Positions 24,101-36,317 of a stretch of 64,000 nucleotides of DNA are shown in pieces. The stretch covers positions 62,001-126,000 of the forward strand of contig MU053334.1 in the NCBI GenBank assembly GCA_013239625.1, written 5' to 3'. Position 1 is the first letter of the stretch, and every line of letters starts with the position of its first letter. Source of the stretch: Lama guanicoe. Taxonomy: Eukaryota. The position numbers were made by a program, and so were the translations under genes. The notes under the pieces were generated by a model. The model was not told the origin of the DNA. It did no database searches and saw nothing but the letters and a program-made list of their open reading frames with translations.

Positions 24101-27100
24101 TCATTTTACCTACAAGTGTTTCGCAGTGTATTTCTGAAAGAGGGAGTCTTCCTTTTAAGTTCATCGCAATCCCATCGTTACACCTGAGAAACAAGCAGAA
24201 ATTCCATAACACTGTGAAATGGCCGGTCAGGTTCAAAAGTTCTAATTGTGTCATAAATGTGATGGAATTTTTAAAAGTAGCTTATTTGAATCCAGAGCCA
24301 GACGAGATCTGTGTTGCCCTGGTGGCTGCCTATCCAGTGTCTCTGGGTCCTCTTGATTGTGGGAAATCGGGTCTTCTGTCCAGCGCTTCCCTCCTGGGCA
24401 GTTCTTGCCCGCACACTAGCAGACAGCAGCACCCCTTGCCTGTCACAGCCGGGTGGTTAGAGCTTCAAGGCTCACTCAGGCGCAGGTGGGGGTTTTGTTT
24501 GCTTACAAGTTGCTGGCCAGTGTTGGGGGTCCTCCAGCAGGCAGTTCCTCGGGCTCCCTGTTCGCAATCAGGCAGCCATGGGGCTTGGGGCTCAGCTCCA
24601 TGAACTCACTGGGAAGAGAAGGAGAGGCTTCCCTCCTGTACCGGCTGCTTCCAGGAGTGGGGTTTTCATGGACAGCACGAGTTAACTAGCACCTTCGTCT
24701 GTTTCCTGCGCTTCCCAGTTCTCGAAACCTCCAGCCTGCTCAGAGTGCCCCTCAGGGGAGATCAGGTAGGGCTTGTGGCTTCATCTTGCACCTGTGGCTG
24801 AGACCTGTTGGGTGTGCTTTCATAGCACACATCAGGAGGGCCGGTCTCTCTTCCTTGGAACCCCTCTTCTGTGCCAAGGCTCCTGAGGGCCCCAGGGGCG
24901 TCGGGGCGTCCTAAAATTAGGGAGCCACATGGCTGACGAGGCTCATCCCCAGTAAGCCTCGAGCACCTCAAGGTGGCTGAGGAGGACAGGGCGCTGGTGG
25001 TTTTGCAGTTGAACCTTCAGGATCTGTTTTACTAGAAGTGTACCATGAAGTCCCTCGTTTCCAGGCCTCTGGGAGATCTCTCCTCTGCGGTGAGACCACC
25101 AAGTAGATACAGAGCTGGGGTCCCTGATTTCCTTTTACTCGTGATTCTCAGGGTTTGTGTTTTCTAATTTAATTTTGTTCCATAATTATGTAGAATACCT
25201 ACGGGTTCTAACAGTCAGGTTTACAAATCAGAGTAGGCTCGGGACTCTGTTCTCGCTCTGCACTGCCTTCTCCCCTCCCTCCTCTGTGGGTTTATTTTCC
25301 ATGTAAAGACCCCAGGCCACACCTGAGACTAACATGATACTGTCTGTCAGCTGTTCTTCAATTTAAAAATTGTGACCAAATTAAAATGAGAAGATAATCA
25401 CACCCAAAACTGGGATGGATAGTTACTGTAGGCTGGGTCCTGGGGGGAGGGGGGCACGCAGGGATGGGGCAGGGGTCTGTGCACACAGTGACGCGTGTGC
25501 TCGCAATGTGCTCCTTGTAGGAAGACGGAAGAAAGCGTCGGGAAGAAGGAAGACCCAGCCCAGGTCATCTGTGAAGAGCAAGAACTCAGGGACGAGGTTG
25601 AAGAAACGCCAGGGTCGTGGGAAGAAGAGAAAAGGGAAAAAGATAAAGGTAGCATTTGATGGGGGTTCACACCTGGCAAACTTTAAATCCTTTGTGTAGG
25701 TACATAGTAAGGGTCACAGAAATAGCCTCTTCTCTGTATTTACTTAGAGATTGCCAGATAAAAACACGTTTCTGCCGTGTGGGTTGGAGATGGGACTGAC
25801 AGGACATGTCCAGGACCGCAGGGAGCCAGCCGTCCTGAGGGACTAGGTGCCGTTCCTGGGACCGCAGGGGTATGCAGAGGGGCCACCCCTCGTCAGGGCT
25901 CCAGACTCATTGTTCCCTGCCAGGGGCGGGGCGGGGGGCCAGATATGAGCTGGGGAGGGGGAGTTGAGAGAGGCCAGCAGCAGAAGTCCTCCGGCAGGGC
26001 CTATGCCCTGGTGTGAGCAGCAGGGTCCAGGCTGTGTCTGGTGAGGTGGCTCGAGTGCGACGTACGTGGACACTGTCCCCTTCAGGCCATTCCCGCCCTC
26101 AGATTGGCCTGCTGGCGAGTCTTCAGGGCCCCTCCCCCATGCACATGGCGGCCTGTGTGACATGGGCTTTTCTGAAGTACTTTTCCTCGACCCTGCTCTT
26201 GGACTGGCTCTTTCAAACATTTTAACACGACAGACTGGTAGAGCTGGGTTCGCGCTGTCGTCCCCGTGTCTGCCGTGTCTTTATGCGAGTTCACACTGGA
26301 GCTCGCTCCGCTGCCCAGTCGGCGTCGGCTCATGTGTACTTGTGTGAGAGCACATTTCAGCTTTAAGTGGAGTGCGTGGACGTCTGGTCAGCCTGTTCGT
26401 TCAGATGGCCATCCCCGCCGTCTCCCTGCCGCTGGGCCTGAGCCTGGCCTGGTTGTGTTCCCACAGTCACCAGAAGGACGGGGTGTTTTCCTCTTTGTGA
26501 TTTTCTCTCAGAGTCGAGACCAGAGGTGACAGCCCTGCAGTCGTGCGAGGTGTGGGACTCTGTTGGGGAGAGGCCCGTCCATGCAGCCCTTGGGCTGAGC
26601 AGTGGTTGAAATCTGGACCCGTAGACTCCAGCCTGGTTGACCAGTGTCTCTTTCTCTGTCCTATGAGTTCAGTGTGAAGCCACAGCTCGTACCCGCCTCG
26701 CGCGGACACTGGGCCTCCGGAGGCCAGCCCATGGAGCCTGCGTCCCCTCGGTGTACAAGCCCGCGGACCCCTCTCTGGGGCTGATGCGTGCGGACATCGG
26801 GGTAGCCTCTCTCTCCCTGTTCGGAGACCCCTATGAGCTGGACCCCTTTGACAGGTGACTGTGGCGGGTGGGGCTCGGGGGGGCCTCACTTCTTTCTGGG
26901 GGCCGGGCACACCCGCAGAATGCGTGTTTGTGGAATTTCTGCCTTAGTCGTTCCCAGACTCCGTTAGGTGGTGACTAGGAAGGACGTTGTGCCTCCTTGT
27001 CCCCTGATTTGGAGAAGGGTCTGCCCCCACCCCATCCCTGCTCAGCGGTTCGGGCCACCCCAACACAGAGCCGCCGCGGGGTCCTGGTTCAGTGTGTTGC

Positions 27101-30100
27101 CTCTTGAGTGCTGCCACGCGGGACCGTGCTTAGCCCACCCTGCCAGGTGCTGTGGAGAGGGCTGGGGTGTCTCCCTGGGCCTCGGGGTGCAGGCTCACCC
27201 ATTCCCTTTGGCCTCTGTCCTCCGTCCAGCAGTGAAGAGGTGCCTGCAACCCCTGCTTCCCCTCTGAGTGCCAAGAGGAGGGTTCTGTCCCAGTCAGCCC
27301 TGCGCTCTCACCAGCCTGTGGCCAGGCCTGTCTCCATGGGGCTCTCCAGGTGTGTCTTGTGGGGACAGGATGGCCGGGGGTGGCGGTGCCAAGGTAGGGC
27401 CACTGGCCAATGGGACCAGCTGGTCTCCGTGTTGGTAACCTTTGTGGCCTCTTCCGTGGCTCCTGGATGAGGAGGTGCTGCAACCCGTCCCTAGCCAAGG
27501 GCACGGGGATGAAGGGGAGGCCGTGGCCCCCGGAGGCTGCCTCCACATCCCACCTCTGCCTCAGAGCCCACCAGCAGGGCTGGTAGGGAGTCAAGCTTCT
27601 CTCTGTTTAATCCTCAAAAAAGGAACCAGCAAAACCAGTAGAGCTGTTGCTCACCAGCTTCTGCTGGGAAAGCATCACATCATCTACCCCAGACGCCCTT
27701 CTGCCCTTTCGTCAGAGCTGCTGGCCGGGGCCCCTTGCCTGCTGCCAGGCTGGGTCTGGGGTGCAGAGGCGCTGACGGCAGGGCCTGCCCCGGATCTGCC
27801 CTGCAGGAGGAGCGCCCCTGCCCCGGTGCCCCAGCCAGAAGTCCACGAGGACGCCGTGCCTGACCTGCTGGGCAGCATCCTGTCGGGCCAGAGCCTCCTG
27901 ATGATGAACGGCGCCGACATCATCATCCACCGGGACGGGTCCCTCAGCGCCAAGAGGGCAGGTGAGGCAGCTCTGCCCACGCCGACCCCCCACCCCGAGT
28001 CTGCGACCCATGGGTTCCGGTTGTGGGCAAGGGCACTGAGCTTCTGAAGATGCGTTTCCGTCACTGTCTGAGTTTCCGAGCTGATGACGTACAGGTGGAT
28101 GGAGTTTCCCTGCAGCCCGCGGGCCCTCCTGCCGCCACACAGCTGCCTCGAACCTCACGGCCACGGGAGCCAGCCCTGGGCCTCTGCACAAGTCGGCGTT
28201 GGCGGGTTTCAGGGAGGCCTAGCTGTGCAGGCACGGTCAGTGGTGGGCCAGGGCGCTGCCCCTTTTCAAGTGTGCATTACAGGCTCAGGCCATTTTTGAT
28301 CCAAACAGTGTGGAAGTAGCAGATGACGCAGAAGAGAGCAGCGGGCAGCGCCACAGGGGCCTCAGCCCTGCCGGAGGGCAGCCAGGCAGCACTGAGTAGA
28401 AGGGATTTCAAGTGCATGGTGTCAGAGGGAGGCACTCTGGCAGAGGTCGAACTGTTAAAGACGTGGATGGGAGCTGATGGCTGTTTGGCTTTTTGTCTTG
28501 ATAGCTCCAGTTTCCCTTCAGAGAAGCTCAGTGGGTCCACCTGGAGAGGGAGAAGACCCCGGGCCTGGGCCCTGCCTGCAGCCCAGAGGGACTCACTCAG
28601 GAAGCCAGCCACAGAGCTTAGGGTCCAGGTGTCCAGGCAGGGCCACCCCAGGCACACCCCCGGCTCCACCTGGCCCTGCCTGTGTTCCTGCACCTGCGTC
28701 GGGGGCCCCTGTGAGACTAGAGTCCTTGGTGACCCCTCAGGCGGGCCAGGCCCAGAACTTGTCCAGCGTGAGCAGACCTGGCTTAAAACAGAGTGACGAC
28801 TCACGATTGAACGGCGACGCCAGGCGCTCTATACCTCTGAGATCAGTGTCGTCGAAGACCTCGGGTGGCCGCTCTGACTCGCCCCCTGGAAGTGCGGCGC
28901 CAGCACAGGCCCCGAGACCCACTCCCAGGAGAGCTGACATCGCCAGGCTGCCCAGGATACCAAAGATCAGGAGAGACGAGAGCTGCGGCCGGCGGGAGGA
29001 CGAGGCCCCCACGGGCGGGCAGCACGTCGACATCCCCAGCTCCTGCATCAGCCGGCTCACGGGCCGGGAGGGCCCCGGGCAGCCCAGCTGCGGTGCCCGG
29101 GTGGAGGGCGAGCCCGGCAGCAGGGGCACGCAGGAGCCCAGCACACCTTCTGGGGGTGGCCCCCAGCCCCCCCCCCTGCCTGGCCCCTCCAGGGGGAAGG
29201 GTGTCGGCTCGACCTTTGAGAGCTTCAGGATCAATATTCCTGGGAACACAGCCCACTCCAGCAGACTCCCCAGCCCTGGCTTCTGTAACACCTTCCGGCC
29301 TGTGGACAGCAAGGCGCAGAGGAGAGAGAGCCCCTCGCCCCTCTTCGCCGTCAGGAAGACGAAGCAGCTCAAGAGCGAGATCTACGATCCCTTCAACCCC
29401 ACGGGCTCTGACTCCAGCTCCGCCGGCAGCAGCCCCGAGCGCCTGGGCTCCAGCCTCCTGCCCTCTGAGATCACCCGGACCATTTCGGTGGACAGCCCGA
29501 GGGCCCCAGCACGGCCGCCCGTGCGTTGCGTCACCTCCTACACAGTGCAGACTGGCTTTGGGAAGGAGCCCCAGCCCCCCCAGGGGCCCTTTGGGCAGCC
29601 TGAGCTCCAGGACAAGGAGGAGCCCACTGAGGGCCAAGGCGCTGCCACACAGGTGCAGGGGGCGTCCCCGCCCGAGCCCTGGGGGGACGAGGACCGGCCA
29701 CCCTGCAGCTCCTTCTTTGGCTCCGAGGGGCGGACAGTGACCTGTGTGACTGTGGCGGAGCCGGACGCGCCACCCAGCCCCAACGCCTTGCACACAACCA
29801 CCCACAGGGTCGTGGAGCTGCGGTCCCCCACCCGCTCCCGCTCCACATCCAGCTCCCGCAGCAGGAAGAAAACCCAGAGGCAGCAGGCCACCAGCAGGGA
29901 GCATGGGAGGGCCCGCTCCGGTTCCCGTTCGTCCCACTCTGGGGACAGGAGCTCTCGGTCGGCATCGCCACCAGCGGGTGAGGACCCGGCCAAGAGGCAC
30001 CGACCCAAGGTCCGGAGCCGGAGGTCTTCCAGTGACCGCTCCAGCAGCCATGAGCGAGCCAAGCGGAAGAAGGCCAAGGACAAGAGCCGAGAGAGGAGGA

Positions 30101-32705
30101 GGGGCTCCTGGGGCCAAGGCCGGCGCAGGTCCCGCTCTGGCAGCCCCGGCAGCTCCTCCTACGAGCACCGCGAGGGCAGGAGGAAGAAGAGGCGGAGGTC
30201 CGGGTCCAGGTCTCGGGGGAGGGAGTGCTCGCCCCCCAGCAGCCTGGAGAGGTCCCGTAGGCCCAGGCACCCCAGGGAAAGGAGGGAGCGGCCCCGAGAG
30301 AGGCGTGGCTCCCGGGAGAGGAGGAAGCGCAGGTCCAGGTCACCAAGCCCGGAGCACAGGTCCCGGGAGCACCGGCGGCCTCGTTCCCGTGAGAAGCGCC
30401 CACGGCCCCGCCCCCGCTCCCCAGAGAGGAAGCTGGCCCCGAAAGAGGCTTCTCCGGCGCCCCCTGCCCCAGAGGAGCCCAGGCCAGACAGGGAGCACCT
30501 GGCCCGGCCCCCGGCCTCAGCAGGAGCAGACGCCTTGCTGGAGGGGGTCGAGGCAGACAAGGGTCCCCCAAAGGCCGCCCCAGTTCCAGAGGCACCAGCC
30601 GAGTGTCCACTCGAGGACCTGGATTACGGCGACTCTGTCGAGGCGGGCCACCTCTTTGAGGACTTTTCAAGTGAAGCCATCTTCATGCAGCTTGATGACA
30701 TGAGCTCTCCACCCTCCCCTGAGAGCACAGACTCCTCCCCAGAGCGAGGCCTCCCGCCCAAGCCTGCTGTGCCTCCAACCAGCCAGCAGCATGAAGCCAG
30801 CCTGGCCATGGCCACGGCTGCCATCAGGAGGGAGGTGTCGCTGATCCACAGTGAAGATGCCACACAGCTCCTGCCCCAGACAGAGGGCCCCCAAGAGAAG
30901 CACTTGCTCCCACAGGACGTGGCTGAGGCCACCACAGTGCCCAGCACCCTGGGTGGCCAGGCCGTGGGTGGGGCGCCCGTGGTGAAGGAGGAAGGTCCTT
31001 CTCAGAACCCCTTGCTACGGGCTAAGGCTCTGGTGAAGAGAGTCACCTGGAACCTCCAGGAGGCAGAGAGCAGTGCCCCAGCCGAGGACAGAGGCCTGCG
31101 TGAGTAGGCACTTCCCGGGGTGGGGGGGGTTGGCGTGTGAGAACGCACGAGTGACCACCACTGGGTCTTCTCCCTGGGTGGCTCACGGGCCTCCTTCACA
31201 CAGAGGGATGGCTGCAGCCTGACCAGTGGTCCTTGCTGCTGGGATGCTTTTCTGGAACTTTCTAGCCAGGAAGCAGCATTCTGGCCTGGGGTGGCCACAG
31301 AACACTCACCCCTGCTGTTTTGGCCCTCAGGGATGCCGCTCCACAGACCACAGAAGCCCCGGGAAGGGGTCCGGGAAACCGAGGACGTGGGCCCCGTGGC
31401 TGCGTTCCAGCAGGCACCTTTCTCTGAGTCGCTTCCCCCTGGTTACGTGCTTCGGGACTCTGGCTTTCCCGATGCCAACCCCTCTCAGGTGGGCACCTAG
31501 GCTGGAGGGACGTGGCCTCATGCCCAGGCCATGCTGGCTGGGCCAGGTCGGGGCTGAAGACCTCATAGTGCCACCCCCTTTCTGCCATGGCTCTGACTGG
31601 GGAGTAGGGTGGCGAGCGCGGTGCTGGGAGCTCTACAGAGGCTGAGCGGGATTTGTTCTTGCCCAGGTATATGGCCCTAACCTGCCTCCCGCCCTGGCTC
31701 TGCCTCTGAGCATCCCGCCCTACGCACCTGTCAGCCAGCCCACAGTCCAGTTCATCCTGCAGGGGAGCCTTCCCCTGGAGGGCTGCGGGGTGGCTCAGAG
31801 CCCAGCCCCTGTACCCGCCATCCTGACCACAGCCTCAGAGCCACCTGGCCACGCGGCCGCCACTGCTGCCACCACTGCCAACAACTCTGAGGAGAGGACA
31901 GCTGCTCCCAGGCCAGCCTCAGAGAAGGCCAAGAACGAGGAGGTGAGTCCTGCCCCCCTGCCTCCAGGGGCAGGATGGTGGGAAGCCTTATACCTCTGGT
32001 CAGAGGGCCCTCTAGGCCTCTGGGTGGGTGTCACATGCATGTTCTCACTCCCAGTACATGAAGAAGCTGCATGTGCAGGAACGGGCTGTGGAGGAGGTGA
32101 AGTTGGCTATCAAGCCCTTCTACCAGAAGAGGGAGGTGACAAAGGACGAGTACAAGGACATCCTTCGCAAGGCCGTGCAGAAGGTGGGCTTGGCGGTCAC
32201 CACCTGGGGGGCCCGAGACCCTGCCTCCTGACACTCTTGGGGGTCCGTGAGCATGGAGAAGGGTGCCCCAGGCCAGCCCGTCTCCCTGTAGCCACACCGC
32301 ATAGGGGCTCATGGGGGCTCACGGCAGTGTCCTCATGACTTGTTAAATAGACCGAGTAACATGAGGTGTGGGAAAGCAACACTCCAAGAGACGACCCGTT
32401 CTCCAGCCCAGGGTGGGGTTCTTGGTCATGATGTGCTGGCCCGGCTCTGTGGGACCCTCAGGCTGCCCACTGTCCCTCACGTGGTCCCCAGGGCCCAGTC
32501 ACTGTGGTCACTGAACATGTGGGGTGTGAAAGGACATCTGTGTAACTGCCCCCCCCCCCAGATCTGCCATAGCAAGAGCGGGGAGATCAACCCGGTGAAG
32601 GTGGGCAACCTGGTGAAGGCCTACGTGGACAAGTACCGGCGCATGCGCAGACACCGGAGGGCCGAGGCCAGCGAGGAGCCGCCTGCCCCGGGCCCCGAGG
32701 GCTAA
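9133..32705 (+). CDS. PHRF1: PHD and RING finger domain-containing protein 1 (~1636 aa). Coding exons: 9133-9226, 9548-9655, 11674-11888, 13627-13710, 15068-15186, 21218-21315, 21561-21736, 22291-22420, 25521-25648, 26673-26854, 27230-27349, 27807-27961, 28505-31099, 31331-31488, 31667-31942, 32055-32183, 32562-32705
   Basis: Start [72 protein letters not shown]; 2595-nt RS-rich exon; C-terminal [37 protein letters not shown]. All introns are GT-AG, phases are consistent, total 4911 nt. Confidence 0.95.
16500..18612 (-). mobile_element. Stacked LINE-1 fragments (3' ends plus ORF2 C-terminal region) in PHRF1 intron 6
   Basis: Minus-strand ORFs such as [33 protein letters not shown] and [12 protein letters not shown] are L1 ORF2-like. 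Several T-rich L1 tails are present. The element resumes at 19278-19363. Confidence 0.9.
18613..19277 (-). pseudogene. CHTOP: CHTOP-like processed pseudogene (CHTOP-matching part ~18779-19076)
   Basis: The minus strand reads [74 protein letters not shown], matching the CHTOP GAR domain and C-terminus as I recall them. It has stops and a frameshift, no introns, a degenerate A-rich tail at 18620-18661 and TSD-like flanks. Confidence 0.88.
19278..19363 (-). mobile_element. L1 continuation after the retrocopy insertion
   Basis: cagtaccatgctgttttgatgactgtagctttgtggtgtaatctgaagtcagggagcgtgat continues the L1 ORF2 sequence interrupted at 18612. Confidence 0.8.
21040..21155 (-). mobile_element. MaLR (MLT1-like) LTR fragment
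   Basis: 'ccttaatcgcccctcaaaggtcccatctccaggtgctgtcacatgggggtagggctccaacacgtgggtttgggggacaca' resembles the reverse complement of an MLT1 5' end. Confidence 0.55.
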
Positions 32706-33438
32706 GGCCCACCCAGCGCCGTCCTGGCTGGAGTGGAGGAAGCAGAAAATTCTGGGGACACCCAGAACTCCTGTTTTCAGGGTTCCTGTGATCACACGTG
32801 GTCTGTGCACCTGTCCTGCTCACAGTTTAAAACTAGACTTTTTTTTATTTGTACATTATAGATACACACTGTTCCCACTGTGTTCTAATTTATCAAAAAT
32901 GGATTATCTTTAGAGATGTCTCGATTGGCTCAGTACTTGAAAGGTGAGCTTTGTGACCAAGGAAGGTCCTGGGCCAGAGGTGCGGGGAGGTCTCCTCGAC
33001 CCCCTCACAGGCAGCCTCCCCCAGGCAGCCATCTGTGCGCCTGGCCCTTGTCCAGGGAGCCCTTGTACCGTCCGTGCTACGCTCTGTAAAGAGTTGCTGA
33101 AGCCTACACTCGGCTCCACTGAGGCAGAGTGGTGGTGGCAGATTTCAAAGGCCAGGGACAGCCGCTGGGTTCAGCACAGAGGCCCTGCCCCCGACGGAGG
33201 GGCCCCACTTGCCACCTGGCAGGGAGAGCAGAGTGTCTGTGTCCTGAGGGACACTTGGGATCTTTGCGTAGAGTTTTTTGGCTCTAAAGTGGGGCCTGAG
33301 TTTCTTCACTGTGAAAAGAGTGGGGTGTTCCCTCCTTGGGCCCCCAGGAAGTGGGGTGAGCTTGAGTCCACGGTGCCTTTGCTCAGCCTCAGCCCCAAGC
33401 CCACCTCTGGTCAGGACACAACGCTGGCTCTTGGGTTT

Positions 33439-35980
33439 CTACTGGACCCCGAAGGGGCCGGGGTCCGCCCTAGGCGGGCTGCCCCACTCCATCAAGAAGT
33501 GCTCCAGGAAGTGCTCTAGGTCGTCGTAGAGGCTGTCAGAGCTGGACAGGCAGAGACCGAGGCTGCCGCTGTCCAGGGAGGACACGCCTTCACGCTGCAC
33601 GCCCTCCAGGTATGCCCGGCACAGCCACGGCTCCAGCTGTGGGAAGGGCGCTGTCAGGCCCGGTGGGGCTGTGTGCAGCCCCACCCTGGGGACCCTGCAC
33701 CTCACCTTCACGAGGACCAGGTTCTTCTCCTTGGGCCTCACCACTGACAGGTCCTGGCCAAAGCCCAGGTAGATGGTGTAGTGTGGGGAGCCTCGGCGCC
33801 GGCGGGCACGGAACTCCCCCAGCTCTGCAGGACAGGACAGGGTTCTGGTGAGCGGGGGGGGGGGGGGGATCAGCCCCAGGGCAGGTGCTTCACTGACCTT
33901 GAAAGAAGGTGCCGAAGTCAAAGATGGGTGTGTTGCAGTCTCGGGGCAGCAGGCGGGCTGGGGTGGAGGGGCTGGCAGAGCCCAGGGGCCCACCCACTTC
34001 CCAGTAGACCTTGCATTTCCCCTGGCGCCGGGCCCACAGCCAGGGCCCCCGGAGCTCCAGCTGCAGGCCAGGGGCCACGTGCTGCAGCAGCTTCTCTGTG
34101 TAGTGCAGCTGCTTCTGGTCGGGCAGCTCAGCAGGGCTGGGGAAGGCCACACGCTGGGGCTCTGCAGCCTCAGCAGCCAGGCTAGGGGAGCCGTATAGGA
34201 GCACACAGCCTGGGCGCCCCACCACCTCCTGCAGCACTGTTCGGCCCTTGTACATGATGGTCAAGTCCAGGGCCCCCAGGCTGGGCTCTTCGTGCAGACA
34301 GACCTGGGAGCACCTGGGACCAGCCGGGTGCTCACCTGCCATTGGGGTGCAGGCACCAGAGGAGGGTGTGGTGCCAAGCTCCACGTCTGGGAGCTGCCTG
34401 GGCTCTGGGGCCAGGGGGGGCCCTGCAGCTGGAGAGAAAGGCCTAAGCTGGCACCTGGTCTCCCAGCTCCTCCCTCTTCCACAGGTCTCTGGCTCCTCTC
34501 CCCCATAACCTTGGCCTGGGGCAGTAGCCACAGGCCGGTGGCCACTCCCACTGCTTGGGAGGAGCTCTGGGCCTGACCTGAGGGGGATGAGCTATACTGG
34601 CCCACCTGTAGCCCACACCATCCCTGCTGGGCCTCCCTCTCCCCGAGGCCCTGCCTCCTCTCTCCCCTGCCTGCCTCTCCCCTTGGCACAGAAGTCTGCA
34701 GGACAGAGCACCCCCCGCCAACACAGCCCCTTACCAGGAGCCTCTAGGGGGATCGGATCCGCGCCCAATACAGCTTTCAACAGATGGTCCTCCAGGGAGC
34801 TCTCCTGCAAAGCCTGGAGCAAGAGGTCCCCAGCATGCTCACCTGGGTTTGCAGTGCAGGGCTCAGGGCTTAGCCAGGCCAGTTCATGCCCTGGCCTCTC
34901 ACCAGTATCTGCTGCCTGGCATGGCCCAAGAAGCCCATCCTGCAGGGGAAGACAATGCCAGCTTAAATAAGCAGCCCCCCGCCCCAGCAAGAGCTGGCAG
35001 CCCTTGCTTGACCCAAGGTCCAGGAGGGCAGAATAGCCTTACCCTTGTGAGTGGGGTATCTTCAAGGGCTTTGTCCTCCCCCTGGTTAACGCCTGGGTCT
35101 GAAGAAGAAAGGTTTGGAGAAACATTGGGACCTGACTCTGGAGTGGACACCTGAGTGAACCCCTGGGCAGCTCCTCACAGCTGGAACGTGCACCTCTCCT
35201 TCACTAGTCCCAGTAAGCTCATCAGCTTCCTCCCAGTGATCCCCTTAGCAGTCCTCAGCAACTTGGCTCCAGCCTCTCCCACGCTAGTCTCTAAAACCAG
35301 AAATCCGATGCAGCACCGCTCCCAGGACAGAGCAAAGTCCCAAGGCCCTCCGAAGCACATTCCACTGCGCCCAGCCCATCCTCCTGCAGCCCCTCCTGGG
35401 GCTTTCCTCACCTCTGCACCCCAGCTCAGGGCTGATCATGTACACCTTATGCGGGTCAGTAGGGTCAGCTGAGTTGTCTTGCAACATCACGAAGCGCCCA
35501 GTGCTGCGCAGGGCGCAGCGGAAGTTGGTTTTCCAGGAGGCTCGGAGCGCATCCTCGTTGGTTGACCTGGCACCGCTGCTGCAGGGCGGCCACCTGCCGC
35601 GGGCCACGGCCCAGGCCTGGGGATTGAGAGGGAGTGGAGGACGTGGCCTGGATCCACGGATCTGGGGCGGCCCTACCCCTACCCCCGGGTCCCCGGCGGG
35701 ATTGCGGTCCCACCTTAAAGATGCGCGAATCTGCTTCACCCAGGTCCTTTCGCGCGAAGTGCTTCCAGGGCACGCGGAAGCGCGTTCGGGCAGCGTCCAG
35801 CCACCGTAGCCCCTCATAGCGGCCGCTGCTGACCTCGGCCAGAAGCCAGTCTCCGAAGAGCACGCGCGGGGCCCCACTGCAGGCAGAGCAGCCGGGTTAT
35901 CAGGGCGCGCGCAGGCCGCCGAGTGCGTGGGGTCTGCGCCGGGCAGGGCGGGGAGCTCACCTGTCCTGAGCCACGGCCAT
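33439..35980 (-). CDS. IRF7: Interferon regulatory factor 7 (~482 aa, or ~498 aa if the 48-nt intron is retained). Coding exons: 35980-35961, 35876-35714, 35616-35412, 35098-35043, 34939-34735, 34428-34336, 34287-33898, 33824-33706, 33636-33439
   Basis: [55 protein letters not shown] (IRF tryptophan-repeat DBD); [31 protein letters not shown]; serine cluster [23 protein letters not shown]. The linker exon structure is uncertain. Confidence 0.93.
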
Positions 35981-36282
35981 TGCTCCCTCTGCAGGGGCTG
36001 GGCGGGGAGGGGCCGGCGCACCCTCCGCGGCGAGTGTTGTCACGGGCGCAGTCAGCTACTACCGCAGGTGAGAAGAAGGTTGCGAGTGTGGCCAGATGTC
36101 ACCGGTGTTGAGGATCACAGATGGGAATTGAGGGCTGATGGCCACGACGTTGCTCGAGTGTGAGTCCTGGCCAAGGCGGTGATAGGTGTGACTACAGATA
36201 CGGCGAGCGCGCGCACGAGGCGCCACAGGTGTCGAGCCGGCGGCCGGGTAGGCCCTGCGGGGGCGCGACGGAACTGCCGCAG

Positions 36283-36317
36283 GAAAACGAAACCTCACGC
36301 TGCAGGAAAACAAAACC
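36283..36317. promoter_or_regulatory. Tandem ISRE/IRF-E elements in the IRF7 5' region
   Basis: GAAAACGAAACC at 36283-36294 and GAAAACAAAACC at 36306-36317. The first fits the GAAA-NN-GAAA IRF consensus and the second is a near match. IRF7 is a known interferon-stimulated gene. Confidence 0.75.

Noticed and set aside
28737..30947. Long antisense and alternative-frame ORFs (up to 475 aa)
   Set aside because: Shadows of the GC-rich 2.6-kb PHRF1 exon with no independent coding signal.
33854..33868. G15 run in an IRF7 intron (and C11 at 32549-32559)
   Set aside because: Simple homopolymers that serve as pyrimidine tracts on the coding strand; lengths are unreliable.
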